From Escherichia coli (GTDB taxonomy: Bacteria; Pseudomonadota; Gammaproteobacteria; Enterobacterales; Enterobacteriaceae), in the NCBI RefSeq assembly GCF_044647545.1, contig NZ_CP172818.1: a stretch of 64,000 bases of DNA; one strand, written 5' to 3'. The notes beneath the pieces were generated by a model. It did not search any database and had not been told where the DNA came from. It worked only from the letters and a program-made list of their open reading frames with translations. Shown in pieces: positions 1 to 11,126 of this stretch (the first letter of the stretch is position 1; the number at the start of each line of letters is the position of its first letter). The position numbers were made by a program, and so were the translations under genes.

Positions 1-774
1 CCGGTGACCGGTGATGAATATAACGCTAAAAACGCCATCTTCACCGTTTCGGAAGCAATGGAGCACTTCTCCTATTTGCCGACCGGATTGTACGTATTTG
101 CGTATAAAAAAGACGTTTATTTTCAGGTATGTACATTGATTATTTTCTTTGCCGCATTGGTGGCAGTGATATCGGGTGCCAGTTGCCTCTATCTGGTACG
201 CAGAGTGATTAATCGTGGTATTGTGGAGAAAGAAGCCATTATTAATAACCATTTTGAACGCGTCCTGGATGGCGGGCTTTTCTTTTCGGCTGCCGATGTC
301 AAAAAACTCTACAGTATGTATAACTCGGCATTCCTGGACGATCTGACCAAAGCAATGGGCAGAAAATCCTTTGATGAAGATTTAAAAGCCCTGCCGGAAA
401 AAGGCGGCTATTTGTGCCTGTTTGACGTCGATAAATTCAAAAACATTAACGACACCTTCGGTCATTTGCTGGGCGATGAAGTGTTGATGAAAGTGGTGAA
501 AATCCTTAAATCACAGATCCCGGTAGATAAAGGTAAAGTCTACCGCTTCGGCGGTGACGAATTTGCGGTGATTTATACTGGCGGCACGCTGGAAGAGTTG
601 CTATCGATTCTAAAAGAAATCGTTCATTTCCAGGTGGGAAGCATTAATTTAAGTACCAGTATCGGTGTAGCGCATTCAAATGAATGTCCTACCGTCGAAC
701 GCTTGAAAATGCTGGCGGATGAGCGGCTGTATAAGAGTAAGAAAAACGGCAGGGCACAGATTAGCTGGCAGTAA
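1..774 (+). CDS. dgcI: Diguanylate cyclase DgcI (YliF), C-terminal GGDEF part; 5' end lies outside the window
   Basis: ORF 4..774 runs in from the window edge; translation contains GGDEF-type motifs (RFGGDEF) and matches YliF C-terminus as recalled; synteny upstream of rimO. Confidence 0.8.
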   Translation, partial: PVTGDEYNAKNAIFTVSEAMEHFSYLPTGLYVFAYKKDVYFQVCTLIIFFAALVAVISGASCLYLVRRVINRGIVEKEAIINNHFERVLDGGLFFSAADVKKLYSMYNSAFLDDLTKAMGRKSFDEDLKALPEKGGYLCLFDVDKFKNINDTFGHLLGDEVLMKVVKILKSQIPVDKGKVYRFGGDEFAVIYTGGTLEELLSILKEIVHFQVGSINLSTSIGVAHSNECPTVERLKMLADERLYKSKKNGRAQISWQ

Positions 775-1704
775 TTAGAATATTATACCCCTTAATCAAG
801 GGTACTAATGAATTGGTAAATCATTTCAAACATTTTACTTTGCAAAAACTTCCGGCCCTTTTATTCCAATGTATTCAAAAAACGCAATGCCGGCCCCTTC
901 TTTTTTTTTCTTTTCCTCCCCTTTTCTAAAACTTTTTTTTTTAAATTCCCTTTTGTTCCAAAACCGGGTGGATGCCCCGTCCGGCGGGCCTTTTTCTCTT
1001 CTCCCCCCTTTGTTTTTGTTTTGCTTATGGGCCGCACTCTCGGGTTTGTGACTTAAGGGGAAGGACAAACTTCCAAACAACAAACAGACCCACATTTCTT
1101 TCCTTTCTTTTCAATTTAATTTTTTTTTTTTTCTCCCAAAAAAAAAACAAATTCAAAAAAAATCTTTTTTTATTGCTAAAGGCCAGAAATGCATTTGCCA
1201 TTTTTTTGTAGGCCGCCAGTTCATCATCTTCGATTTCTTTGGTTCCTTTACTACTTAGACCACTCTTGGACCAACCATCATAAAAAAACACATGATTTGC
1301 TGATTTAAAAAAAATAATTTTTTTGCCTCCCCCTCTTTCTTTTTGAGGGGGAAATTTTTTTTAAGAACACCCCAACCTAAATCACCCTCCCATATGCCCT
1401 CCATCACTTCTCCAGCGCAAGCCATAAAAATTTTATATTAAAAACCAAGTTTTTTTTGTTTTGCGGAATCTTTCCCTTATACACACCCATACACCCATCT
1501 TTTGTTATTGTTTATATTATAAAAATTATTCTTTTTTAAAAAAAATTGAAAAAAAAAATTTATTTTGGAAAAAAAAAGGAGGGTTGCCCGAAGGTTTTTT
1601 TTTTTTTGATTTATGGGGGGGATTTTTGGGAAGGAAAGGAAAGGGGGGAGGGAAGGAGAGGAAGAAAAAAAAAAAATTAATTTAGATTTCTGCCTTAAGA
1701 TTAA
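775..1704. other. Compositionally aberrant low-complexity intergenic block (homopolymer runs, CT/GA-skewed tracts); no credible ORF
   Basis: Seen directly: T and A runs of 10 or more, tracts such as ggaaggaaaggaaaggggggagggaaggagaggaag; overlapping ORFs translate to poly-F/K/G/L peptides. Confidence 0.6.
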
Positions 1705-3030
1705 TTAAACCCGGCTACCCCACAAATCGTACTCATCGGCGTGCTCGACTTTCACACGCAGGATATCACCCGGCTTAACGTTGGTTTCACCATTGAGATA
1801 AACCGCGCCGTCGATTTCCGGTGCATCTGCCATGCTGCGACCAATCGCACCTTCTTCGTCCACTTCGTCGATAATCACCAGAATTTCACGGCCCACTTTC
1901 TCTTGCAGGCGCTCGGCGGAAATCTGCTGCTGCAACTGCATGAAACGGTTCCAGCGTTCTTCTTTCACTTCTTCCGGAACCTGGTCAGGCAGGGCATTGG
2001 CGTCTGCACCTTCAACCGGGCTGTATTTAAAGCAGCCAACGCGATCCAGACGTGCTTCTTTCAGGAAGTCGAGTAGCATCTGGAAATCTTCTTCCGTCTC
2101 GCCAGGGAAACCGACAATAAAGGTTGAGCGTAGGGTCAGTTCCGGGCAGATTTCGCGCCACTGTTTGATGCGCGCCAGTTGGCGATCTACAGAACCCGGA
2201 CGCTTCATCAGTTTGAGAATGCGCGGGCTGGCGTGCTGCAACGGAATGTCCAGATACGGCAGGATTTTGCCTTCTGCCATCAGTGGGATGACGTCGTCCA
2301 CATGCGGATAAGGGTAAACGTAGTGCAGACGTGTCCAGATCCCCAGTTTCGATAACTGTTCGCACAGGCTGACCATGCTGGTTTTTACCGGCTCGCCGTT
2401 GTGGAAGCCAGTACGATGTTTAACATCAACGCCATAGGCGGAAGTATCCTGCGAGATCACCAGAATCTCTTTAACGCCCGCATCAACCAGACGTTTCGCT
2501 TCACTTAACACTTCGCCAATAGGACGGCTCACCAGGTCGCCGCGCATAGACGGAATAATGCAGAAGGTGCAGCGGTGATTACAGCCTTCAGAAATTTTCA
2601 GATAGGCATAATGACGCGGCGTCAGTTTCACGCCTTGTTCTGGCACCAGGCTCAGGAATGGGTTGTGTTTCGGTTTTGGCACGTAGTGATGAACGTGCTC
2701 CAGAACCTGCTCATAGCTATGAGGCCCGGTGATTTCCAGCACTTTCGGGTGGACTTCGCGGATCTGATCTTCTTTTGCCCCCAGACAACCGGTCACAATT
2801 ACCTTGCCGTTTTCATTCAACGCTTCACCAATGGCTTCCAGTGATTCTTGTACCGCGCTGTCAATAAAGCCGCAGGTGTTGACGATCACCATGTCCGCAT
2901 CGTCATAGCTCGGTACCACGTCATAACCTTCAGTGCGTAGTTCGGTGAGAATACGCTCTGAATCGACAAGGTTTTTCGGACAGCCAAGGGAAACAAAGCC
3001 GATTTTCGGCTGGGGAGTTACTTTGCTCAT
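1705..3030 (-). CDS. rimO: Ribosomal protein S12 methylthiotransferase RimO (radical SAM, MiaB family)
   Basis: 441 aa ORF, CxxxCxxC radical-SAM motif (CNHRCTFC), length and sequence match RimO/YliG. Confidence 0.93.
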
Positions 3031-3242
3031 AGCTTAAAAAATATTCAGTTACAGGAAAGGTCAGGGCAGGGATTCTACAGAGTTCTGGATAAAATTTGTA
3101 TCGCAATCTCATACGCTGGCGGAGGCGAAGGAAATGTAAATTTTGTTAATTCGGCGTGAAGAATTGATCCTGGACAGCATTTTGCTCAAAAAATAGCCAT
3201 ACTATTTAATTGCAACAAGGCTGGAAAGAGGAGGATCGAAGT

Positions 3243-3626
3243 ATGTTCGTTGACAGACAGCGAATCGATCTGCTGAACCGGTTGATCGACGCACGCGTTG
3301 ACCTCGCCGCATACGTGCAACTGAGGAAGGCAAAAGGATACATGTCCGTCAGCGAAAGCAATCATCTACGAGATAACTTTTTTAAACTGAATCGCGAACT
3401 GCACGATAAATCGCTGCGGTTGAATCTTCATCTGGATCAGGAAGAGTGGAGTGCTCTTCATCATGCTGAAGAAGCATTAGCGACAGCCGCAGTATGTTTG
3501 ATGAGTGGGCACCATGATTGCCCGACTGTTATTACCGTCAACGCCGATAAGCTTGAAAATTGTCTGATGAGCTTAACGCTGAGTATCCAGAGCCTGCAGA
3601 AGCACGCCATGCTTGAGAAGGCCTGA
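3243..3626 (+). CDS. bssR: Biofilm regulator BssR
   Basis: 127 aa from ATG 3243 (MFVDRQRIDLL...), RBS gaggag upstream; ORF-track start 3210 is an upstream in-frame extension. Confidence 0.88.
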   Translation: MFVDRQRIDLLNRLIDARVDLAAYVQLRKAKGYMSVSESNHLRDNFFKLNRELHDKSLRLNLHLDQEEWSALHHAEEALATAAVCLMSGHHDCPTVITVNADKLENCLMSLTLSIQSLQKHAMLEKA

Positions 3627-3631
3627 AAACT

Positions 3632-3670
3632 AAGGGGGAGAAAGCGTCTCCCCCTTCATGTTTAAGTTTT
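3632..3670 (+). terminator. Putative rho-independent terminator after bssR
   Basis: Hairpin gggggag-aaagcgt-ctccccc followed by T-rich tract. Confidence 0.55.
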
Positions 3671-3736
3671 TGTAAAAATGAATTTGTTCTCTCCTCCACT
3701 GACTACGCTTTAAGCCAGAGTCAATCCGGAGGCGTT

Positions 3737-4852
3737 ATGCATCGACAATTCTTTTTCCTTGTGCCCCTTATTTGTCTTTCTTCCGCTCTCTGGGCGGCTC
3801 CTGCAACGGTAAATGTCGAAGTACTGCAAGACAAACTCGACCATCCCTGGGCGCTGGCCTTTTTACCCGACAATCACGGTATGTTAATCACTCTGCGCGG
3901 CGGCGAGTTGCGTCACTGGCAAGCAGGAAAAGGATTATCTGCGCCGCTTTCCGGAGTGCCGGACGTTTGGGCGCACGGGCAGGGCGGCCTGCTGGACGTG
4001 GTTTTAGCGCCTGATTTTGCTCAGTCTCGCCGCATCTGGTTAAGTTATTCCGAAGTAGGCGATGATGGCAAAGCCGGAACTGCTGTGGGTTATGGCCGCT
4101 TAAGTGATGATCTCTCAAAAGTGACCGACTTCCGCACCGTCTTTCGTCAGATGCCAAAACTGTCTACCGGCAACCATTTTGGCGGGCGGATGGTATTCGA
4201 CGGTAAAGGTTATCTTTTGATTGCTCTGGGCGAAAACAATCAGCGCCCGACGGCGCAGGATCTGGATAAATTACAGGGCAAACTGGTGCGTCTGACCGAC
4301 CAGGGCGAAATCCCGGATGATAATCCTTTTATAAAGGAATCCGGTGCACGCGCCGAGATCTGGTCTTATGGCATTCGTAATCCACAAGGAATGGCGATGA
4401 ATCCGTGGAGTAAAGCACTATGGCTGAATGAACATGGCCCGCGCGGTGGTGATGAAATTAATATCCCGCAAAAAGGCAAAAACTACGGCTGGCCGCTGGC
4501 AACCTGGGGAATCAACTATTCGGGCTTTAAGATACCGGAAGCGAAAGGGAAGATCGTCGCCGGGACCGAGCAACCTGTTTTTTACTGGAAAGATTCGCCC
4601 GCCGTGAGCGGCATGGCCTTCTATAACAGCGATAAATTCCCCCAGTGGCAGCAAAAATTATTTATTGGCGCGCTGAAAGATAAAGATGTCATTGTGATGA
4701 GCGTCAACGGCGACAAAGTGACAGAAGATGGCCGTATTTTAACGGACAGAGGGCAGCGAATTCGTGATGTTCGCACTGGACCCGACGGTTATTTATACGT
4801 TCTCACCGACGAGTCCAGTGGGGAATTACTTAAAGTTAGCCCACGCAATTAG
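3737..4852 (+). CDS. yliI: Soluble aldose sugar dehydrogenase YliI (PQQ-dependent, signal peptide)
   Basis: 371 aa ORF with N-terminal signal peptide; matches YliI. Confidence 0.9.
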
Positions 4853-5475
4853 CTAACGGGAATCATCACCACTTTGCGCACTGCGGGGCGTTCAGTGAGT
4901 TGCTGATACCAGCGTTGCAGATTTGGACGCGGTGTCCAGGTCAGGCCAACATTAAACAAATTGTAGATGAACGGTGCGATAGCGATATCGCCCACACCAA
5001 ACTCGTCGCCGGAGAACCATTTTACTTTTGCCAGTTCCGCATCGAGCAGGGCAAACAGGGCGTCGCACTCTTTACAACTGGCATCAATGGCGGCCTGATC
5101 GCGCTCTTCCGGTGGTGTTCTGACTAATCCCATCAGGATCCCGCGATGGGCATTACTGAGCGTCTGGTTTGCCCAGTCCATCCATTTTTCTGCTTCCGCA
5201 CGACGTGCCGGTGAGTCGATCCACAGGCGTTTTTGCCCGTACTGTGCCGCCAGATAGCGGACAATGGCGTTTGATTCCCAAAGAATGAGATCACTTTCGT
5301 CGTCACGCAACAATGGCACCAGCCCGTTAGGGTTCATCGCCAGAAAATCAGCATCGTGATTTATCCCAAACTCACGGCCCGCGAGAATTTGCTCATAAGG
5401 TAGTTCCAGTTCTTCGAGCGTCAGCAATACTTTTTTTACGTTGGTTGAATTATTCCGACCCCACAGCGTAATCAT
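4849..5475 (-). CDS. gstB: Glutathione S-transferase GstB (YliJ)
   Basis: 208 aa from ATG ([13 protein letters not shown]...); 4-bp convergent stop overlap with yliI. Confidence 0.9.
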
Positions 5476-5721
5476 ACTCACCCCTTTTCCGACAGGCAGC
5501 CACAGGCTGAACAGGACTTTGATGGTGAAGTAAAGTTAACTTTTAAGCAACAGCTGGCAAAAAAATGACAACAGAAGCAGCGAAGCGGCAGGATATTGCA
5601 TAAACTTTAAAAACTTTACCAACTTACGGTTTCTTTAAGTTTGTGTGTGCGTTATTAATCACCGAACTTATCATACGGCGATATAACGTATTTTTTTTGA
5701 ATGGATACTCGGGTGGCATTT

Positions 5722-6924
5722 ATGACGCAATACTCCTCTCTCCTTCGTGGTCTTGCAGCGGGTTCTGCATTTTTATTCCTTTTTGCCCCAACGGCATTCG
5801 CGGCCGAACAAACCGTTGAAGCGCCGAGCGTGGATGCGCGTGCATGGATTTTAATGGATTACGCCAGCGGTAAAGTGCTGGCAGAAGGCAATGCGGATGA
5901 GAAACTGGATCCCGCGAGCCTGACTAAAATCATGACCAGCTATGTGGTTGGGCAGGCGCTTAAGGCCGATAAGATTAAACTCACCGATATGGTGACGGTC
6001 GGTAAAGATGCCTGGGCGACGGGAAATCCGGCACTGCGTGGTTCATCGGTAATGTTCCTCAAACCGGGCGATCAGGTTTCGGTGGCAGACTTGAACAAAG
6101 GTGTGATTATCCAGTCCGGTAATGACGCCTGTATTGCGCTGGCCGATTACGTTGCCGGGAGCCAGGAGTCATTTATTGGTTTGATGAATGGTTATGCCAA
6201 AAAACTGGGTCTGACCAACACTACCTTCCAGACGGTGCACGGTCTGGATGCGCCGGGGCAGTTCAGTACCGCGCGCGATATGGCATTGCTGGGTAAAGCA
6301 TTAATCCACGATGTGCCGGAAGAGTATGCCATTCATAAAGAGAAAGAGTTCACCTTCAACAAAATTCGTCAGCCTAACCGTAACCGTCTGCTGTGGAGCA
6401 GCAATCTGAATGTTGATGGCATGAAGACAGGAACCACTGCAGGCGCGGGATATAATCTGGTTGCTTCGGCTACCCAGGGTGATATGCGTTTAATCTCCGT
6501 AGTGCTGGGGGCGAAAACTGACCGTATCCGTTTTAATGAGTCTGAGAAATTATTGACCTGGGGTTTCCGCTTCTTTGAAACCGTGACGCCAATTAAACCT
6601 GATGCCACCTTTGTGACTCAGCGCGTCTGGTTTGGTGATAAGAGCGAAGTGAATCTCGGGGCAGGCGAAGCGGGCTCAGTGACCATACCGCGTGGGCAGC
6701 TGAAAAACCTGAAAGCGAGCTACACGTTAACGGAACCGCAGCTTACCGCACCGCTGAAAAAAGGTCAGGTTGTCGGGACCATTGATTTCCAGCTTAACGG
6801 TAAATCCATTGAGCAGCGTCCGCTGATCGTGATGGAAAATGTGGAAGAGGGCGGATTCTTTGGTCGGATGTGGGATTTCGTGATGATGAAATTCCATCAG
6901 TGGTTCGGCAGCTGGTTCTCTTAA
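5722..6924 (+). CDS. dacC: D-alanyl-D-alanine carboxypeptidase DacC (PBP6)
   Basis: 400 aa, signal peptide, SxxK motif (SLTK), SGN motif; matches DacC. Confidence 0.92.
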   Translation: MTQYSSLLRGLAAGSAFLFLFAPTAFAAEQTVEAPSVDARAWILMDYASGKVLAEGNADEKLDPASLTKIMTSYVVGQALKADKIKLTDMVTVGKDAWATGNPALRGSSVMFLKPGDQVSVADLNKGVIIQSGNDACIALADYVAGSQESFIGLMNGYAKKLGLTNTTFQTVHGLDAPGQFSTARDMALLGKALIHDVPEEYAIHKEKEFTFNKIRQPNRNRLLWSSNLNVDGMKTGTTAGAGYNLVASATQGDMRLISVVLGAKTDRIRFNESEKLLTWGFRFFETVTPIKPDATFVTQRVWFGDKSEVNLGAGEAGSVTIPRGQLKNLKASYTLTEPQLTAPLKKGQVVGTIDFQLNGKSIEQRPLIVMENVEEGGFFGRMWDFVMMKFHQWFGSWFS

Positions 6925-6931
6925 TTTTGTG

Positions 6932-6964
6932 ATAACCGGATGGCGCGAAACGTCATCCGGTTAT
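6932..6964. terminator. Bidirectional hairpin between convergent dacC and deoR
   Basis: 11-bp inverted repeat ataaccggatg / catccggttat with 11-nt loop. Confidence 0.55.
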
Positions 6965-6970
6965 ACGTCA

Positions 6971-7729
6971 TTAATACATCAACTTAATACGCTGCGTCTG
7001 CGCGTACTTCACATACTCATCTTCCGGGCAACAATCGCTCACTACAATATCAAAGCGTTTCAGGTCACCCATGCGTGCCGGACGCACCTTGCCAAATTTA
7101 CTGTGGTCGACAACCAGCACATGCTTTTGCGCCATCGACATGGCCCAGTGTTTTACCGGCAACTCTTCAAGATTAAAACAGGTAGCGCCCTTACTGACAT
7201 GCACCCCCGCCGCGGAATAAAAAGCGATATCCGGGCAAAAATTATTCAGCGTTTGCTGAAAATCGATGGGTTTGAAAATGGCGTTGCTGGCGTGAAATTC
7301 ACCACCGCAAAGAAACGCGCGGCAATGAGGTTTCTCTTTCAGTGCCAGAAAGGTATTTAGCGAATAACAAACGGCGGTGAAAGGGATTTCATTATCAATC
7401 GCTTCAATAATCCACGGTGTGGTGGTGCCACAGTCAAAAAAGAGGGTCTGATCGGGTTCTACCAGCGTCGCAGCCAGTTTTGCCGCCCGGCGTTTTTCTT
7501 CCACCAGGCGGGATTTTTGATCGCTTAGCAGGTAATGGCTGGCGCTGCGCGGTTCCAGAACAATATAGCCGCCGAGCAAAACGACGGGCGCACTGTGGTT
7601 GTTCAGATCGCGACGAATCGTCATCTCCGAAACCCCAAGCAGGGCGGCGGCGTCTTTAAGATGTAACTTATCGCTGCGTTTTAATTCTTGCAGCAGCTGC
7701 CCGATACGCTCTTCGCGACGTGTTTCCAT
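6971..7729 (-). CDS. deoR: DNA-binding transcriptional repressor DeoR
   Basis: 252 aa, N-terminal HTH, DeoR-family C-terminal domain; matches DeoR. Confidence 0.92.
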   Translation of the reverse strand: METRREERIGQLLQELKRSDKLHLKDAAALLGVSEMTIRRDLNNHSAPVVLLGGYIVLEPRSASHYLLSDQKSRLVEEKRRAAKLAATLVEPDQTLFFDCGTTTPWIIEAIDNEIPFTAVCYSLNTFLALKEKPHCRAFLCGGEFHASNAIFKPIDFQQTLNNFCPDIAFYSAAGVHVSKGATCFNLEELPVKHWAMSMAQKHVLVVDHSKFGKVRPARMGDLKRFDIVVSDCCPEDEYVKYAQTQRIKLMY

Positions 7730-7786
7730 AATCCCTCTGAATAGTTATTGAAGCGAGCCGCTCAATACTACACTTTTTAGCAGAGA

Positions 7787-8383
7787 TCAGTCACGCACCC
7801 AGCCTTTGCGGATCGGTAATGCAAAACAGAAGCGATACCACGATTGCAGACGTTGATAGAGTTTATGCCCCATCGCTTGCCAGATAATCTGGGCGCTAAG
7901 GCAGCCAATCATACCTGCCAGCAATCCACCGAGCATATCCAGCGGCCAGTGGACGCCAAGATAAACGCGCGACCAGGCAATGACGACGGCCAGCACCATT
8001 AAAAGTGAGCCGGACCACAGGCGATGCCAGCATAAAAATGCCAGTGCAAAGGTGAAAATCACCGTACCGTGATCGCTCGGGAATGAGTCATCCGCCGCAT
8101 GATGCAGGAAGTTATAGCCGATATTTTCGACAAAGGGTCGGTCGTGCGGAAAAAGATGTCCCATCGTCCAGGACACCAACAGGCTGACCGCCAGCGCGAT
8201 AGCGATTTTTATCACCAGTTGCCGTTGTGCTGTAAGCCCCCACAACCAAAGTACCGCGGCCAGCAGCGGCACCACGGTAATCAAATCTTTAGCAATAAAA
8301 ATCGCCAACGAGATCATCCACGGCGCAGAGTCTGGCGTCGCGTTAATAAGAGAGAATAGAGAGAGATTCAAATTTTCCAGCAT
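7787..8383 (-). CDS. ybjG: Undecaprenyl-pyrophosphate phosphatase YbjG (PAP2 family)
   Basis: 198 aa from ATG 8383 (MLENLNLSLF...), multi-TM PAP2 motifs. Confidence 0.88.
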   Translation of the reverse strand: MLENLNLSLFSLINATPDSAPWMISLAIFIAKDLITVVPLLAAVLWLWGLTAQRQLVIKIAIALAVSLLVSWTMGHLFPHDRPFVENIGYNFLHHAADDSFPSDHGTVIFTFALAFLCWHRLWSGSLLMVLAVVIAWSRVYLGVHWPLDMLGGLLAGMIGCLSAQIIWQAMGHKLYQRLQSWYRFCFALPIRKGWVRD

Positions 8384-8667
8384 AACTTCCCGACGCAAAG
8401 TGATTAAAAGGGAGCCAATACAGGCAAGTCGTTGAGAATAAAGTGCAGGTTAAACTGGGTAAAGCGGCATCGTCTTATTTCCCTCAAGCGGCCTGTTTAC
8501 GGTGGGTGATTGTAACGGGCATAGGTTAAATAAAACTTAAAGAAAGCGTAGCTATACTCGCAATAATGTAAGAATGTGCTTAACCGTGGTTTCAGCTACA
8601 AAATTTGCTTTCTCGTTAGCTGCGCTTTTATTAAACTTTGCGCGATTATTATTGGCGAAGAAATTGC

Positions 8668-9900
8668 ATGCAAAATAAATTAGCTTCCGGTGCCAGGCTT
8701 GGACGTCAGGCGTTACTTTTCCCTCTCTGTCTGGTGCTTTACGAATTTTCAACCTATATCGGCAACGATATGATTCAACCCGGTATGTTGGCGGTGGTGG
8801 AACAATATCAGGCGGGCATTGATTGGGTTCCTACTTCGATGACCGCGTATCTGGCGGGCGGGATGTTTTTACAATGGCTCCTGGGGCCGCTGTCGGATCG
8901 TATTGGCCGCCGTCCGGTGATGCTGGCGGGAGTGGTGTGGTTTATCGTCACCTGTCTGGCAATATTACTGGCGCAAAACATTGAACAATTCACCCTGTTG
9001 CGCTTCTTGCAGGGCATAAGCCTCTGTTTCATTGGCGCTGTGGGATACGCCGCAATTCAGGAATCCTTCGAAGAGGCGGTTTGTATCAAGATCACCGCGC
9101 TGATGGCGAACGTGGCGCTGATTGCTCCGCTACTTGGTCCGCTGGTGGGCGCGGCGTGGATCCATGTGCTGCCCTGGGAGGGGATGTTTGTCTTGTTTGC
9201 CGCATTGGCAGCGATCTCCTTTTTCGGTCTGCAACGAGCCATGCCTGAAACCGCCACGCGTATAGGCGAGAAACTGTCGCTGAAAGAACTCGGTCGTGAC
9301 TATAAGCTGGTGCTGAAGAACGGTCGCTTTGTGGCGGGGGCGCTGGCGCTGGGATTCGTTAGCCTGCCGTTGTTGGCGTGGATCGCCCAGTCGCCGATTA
9401 TCATTATTACCGGTGAGCAGTTGAGCAGCTATGAATATGGCTTGCTGCAAGTGCCTATTTTTGGGGCGTTAATTGCGGGTAACTTGCTGTTAGCGCGTCT
9501 GACCTCGCGCCGCACCGTACGTTCGCTGATTATTATGGGCGGCTGGCCGATTATGATTGGTCTGTTGGTCGCTGCTGCGGCAACGGTTATCTCATCGCAC
9601 GCGTATTTATGGATGACCGCCGGGTTAAGTATTTATGCTTTCGGTATTGGTCTGGCGAATGCGGGACTGGTGCGATTAACCCTGTTTGCCAGCGATATGA
9701 GTAAAGGTACGGTTTCTGCGGCGATGGGGATGCTGCAAATGCTGATCTTTACCGTCGGTATTGAAATCAGCAAACATGCCTGGCTGAACGGGGGCAACGG
9801 ACTGTTTAATCTCTTCAACCTTGTCAACGGCATTTTGTGGCTGTTGCTGATGGTTATCTTTTTAAAAGATAAACAGATGGGAAATTCGCACGAAGGGTAA
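8668..9900 (+). CDS. mdfA: Multidrug efflux MFS transporter MdfA (Cmr)
   Basis: 410 aa from ATG 8668 ([14 protein letters not shown]...), 12-TM MFS; matches MdfA. Confidence 0.93.
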   Translation: MQNKLASGARLGRQALLFPLCLVLYEFSTYIGNDMIQPGMLAVVEQYQAGIDWVPTSMTAYLAGGMFLQWLLGPLSDRIGRRPVMLAGVVWFIVTCLAILLAQNIEQFTLLRFLQGISLCFIGAVGYAAIQESFEEAVCIKITALMANVALIAPLLGPLVGAAWIHVLPWEGMFVLFAALAAISFFGLQRAMPETATRIGEKLSLKELGRDYKLVLKNGRFVAGALALGFVSLPLLAWIAQSPIIIITGEQLSSYEYGLLQVPIFGALIAGNLLLARLTSRRTVRSLIIMGGWPIMIGLLVAAAATVISSHAYLWMTAGLSIYAFGIGLANAGLVRLTLFASDMSKGTVSAAMGMLQMLIFTVGIEISKHAWLNGGNGLFNLFNLVNGILWLLLMVIFLKDKQMGNSHEG

Positions 9901-9937
9901 AAAAATGCCTGATTGCTTTGTGCGATCAGGCATTCTC
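9901..9937 (+). terminator. Putative terminator after mdfA
   Basis: 10-bp inverted repeat aatgcctgat / atcaggcatt flanked by A-run and followed by ttctc. Confidence 0.55.
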
Positions 9938-9940
9938 AAA

Positions 9941-10225
9941 TTAATGGTGATGGTCGTCAATCTGGTGTTCGATAACCATCCCTTCACCTACGCTGGCAAG
10001 ATGGCGAACATAAGGATGCGGGCGGTAAGCCGGAGCTGGCGCAGGAGCCACATAGACGGTTTGCGGCACAGTCGCGACGCTGACCGCTTGTGGAACACTG
10101 ACTGAATCAGGAACCACAACCACTTTGTATCCACTCGGCACATCGACGGTGACACTTTGCGCCATCGCCACACCAGTAAAGCCCATTAAAAGCGCGCCCA
10201 ACAGTAGACAATTTTTCATAATCAT
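9941..10225 (-). CDS. ybjH: Uncharacterised secreted protein YbjH (DUF1471-like)
   Basis: 94 aa ORF with signal peptide; synteny between mdfA and ybjI. Confidence 0.8.
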   Translation of the reverse strand: MIMKNCLLLGALLMGFTGVAMAQSVTVDVPSGYKVVVVPDSVSVPQAVSVATVPQTVYVAPAPAPAYRPHPYVRHLASVGEGMVIEHQIDDHHH

Positions 10226-10310
10226 TTCGCCTGAAATAATGCAGCGGGTTAATTTCCGCGAATTATGCAGCCTTCATTCAGGCATTGTGTTGCCGGGCGT
10301 GCTGCCGTTT

Positions 10311-11126
10311 TTATTGGTTAAATGGCGCTTCGTGTTTAAGAACTTTATCGATCACATCCAGTACGCCTTCACGGTTATTGGAGCCTGCCCGGTATTTTGC
10401 TGCTGCGACGACCGCGCTGCCGGCATTTTCCATTGCAAAACTAAAGCCTGCCTGACGCAGCATCTCAATATCGTTACCGCCATCGCCAAAGACCACCACT
10501 TCGCTGTCGTCTATTCCCCATAATTTCTGCAGTTGGCGAAGGCCATTGGCTTTATGTACGCCGGGGATAATCAGATCGATGCTGCCGTTGCCGGTGTGGA
10601 CCGGCACCATAATATCGCCGATGGCCTCATGTAATGCTTTTTGTACTTGTGGAATCAGTTCATCAGAAAGATTCAGGCCAAACTTAAAGAAGATATCTTC
10701 TAAGTTGTCAAAGTTATCGACGTATTCCAGACGGTGATAATACATTTCCGCCACCGTTTTCATGGCATCGTCATATTTTTTGAGGGTATAGGCGCTATTT
10801 TTTCCGCAGGCAATAATTTCCACTTCCGGGCGCGTCAGCAAATGTTCCACGACAGTAGCAAACGCATCTTTCGACAGCTCGCCATTAAAAACATCTTTGC
10901 CTTCGCTCACTACCCAGCCGCCGTTTTCAGCCACAAAGGCAATTTCATTAGCAATTTCAGGGAAGAAAGAGATCAACTGATAATATTGATTCCCGCTGGC
11001 GACCACAAAGCGAATGCCTTGTGCTTTCATTTGCTGATACTGAGCCATAAACCGCTCACGGTTATAGGTTTTTTGATCGCTTAAGAAAGTACCATCCATG
11101 TCTACCGCAATTAATTTAATGCTCAT
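10311..11126 (-). CDS. ybjI: HAD-family phosphatase YbjI (FMN/5-amino-6-ribitylamino-uracil phosphate phosphatase)
   Basis: 271 aa ([15 protein letters not shown]...), HAD motif DxDGT; start overlaps ybjJ stop. Confidence 0.9.
   Translation of the reverse strand: MSIKLIAVDMDGTFLSDQKTYNRERFMAQYQQMKAQGIRFVVASGNQYYQLISFFPEIANEIAFVAENGGWVVSEGKDVFNGELSKDAFATVVEHLLTRPEVEIIACGKNSAYTLKKYDDAMKTVAEMYYHRLEYVDNFDNLEDIFFKFGLNLSDELIPQVQKALHEAIGDIMVPVHTGNGSIDLIIPGVHKANGLRQLQKLWGIDDSEVVVFGDGGNDIEMLRQAGFSFAMENAGSAVVAAAKYRAGSNNREGVLDVIDKVLKHEAPFNQ

Noticed and set aside
835-1685. ORFs 835..1095(-), 869..1051(+), 972..1211(+), 1461..1685(+) inside the low-complexity block
   Set aside because: Translations are poly-F/K/G/L low-complexity strings generated by homopolymer DNA; no RBS; not credible genes.
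1741-2844. Plus-strand ORFs (1741..2076, 1832..2311, 2575..2844) antisense to rimO
   Set aside because: Shadow ORFs fully inside the well-supported rimO coding region on the opposite strand.
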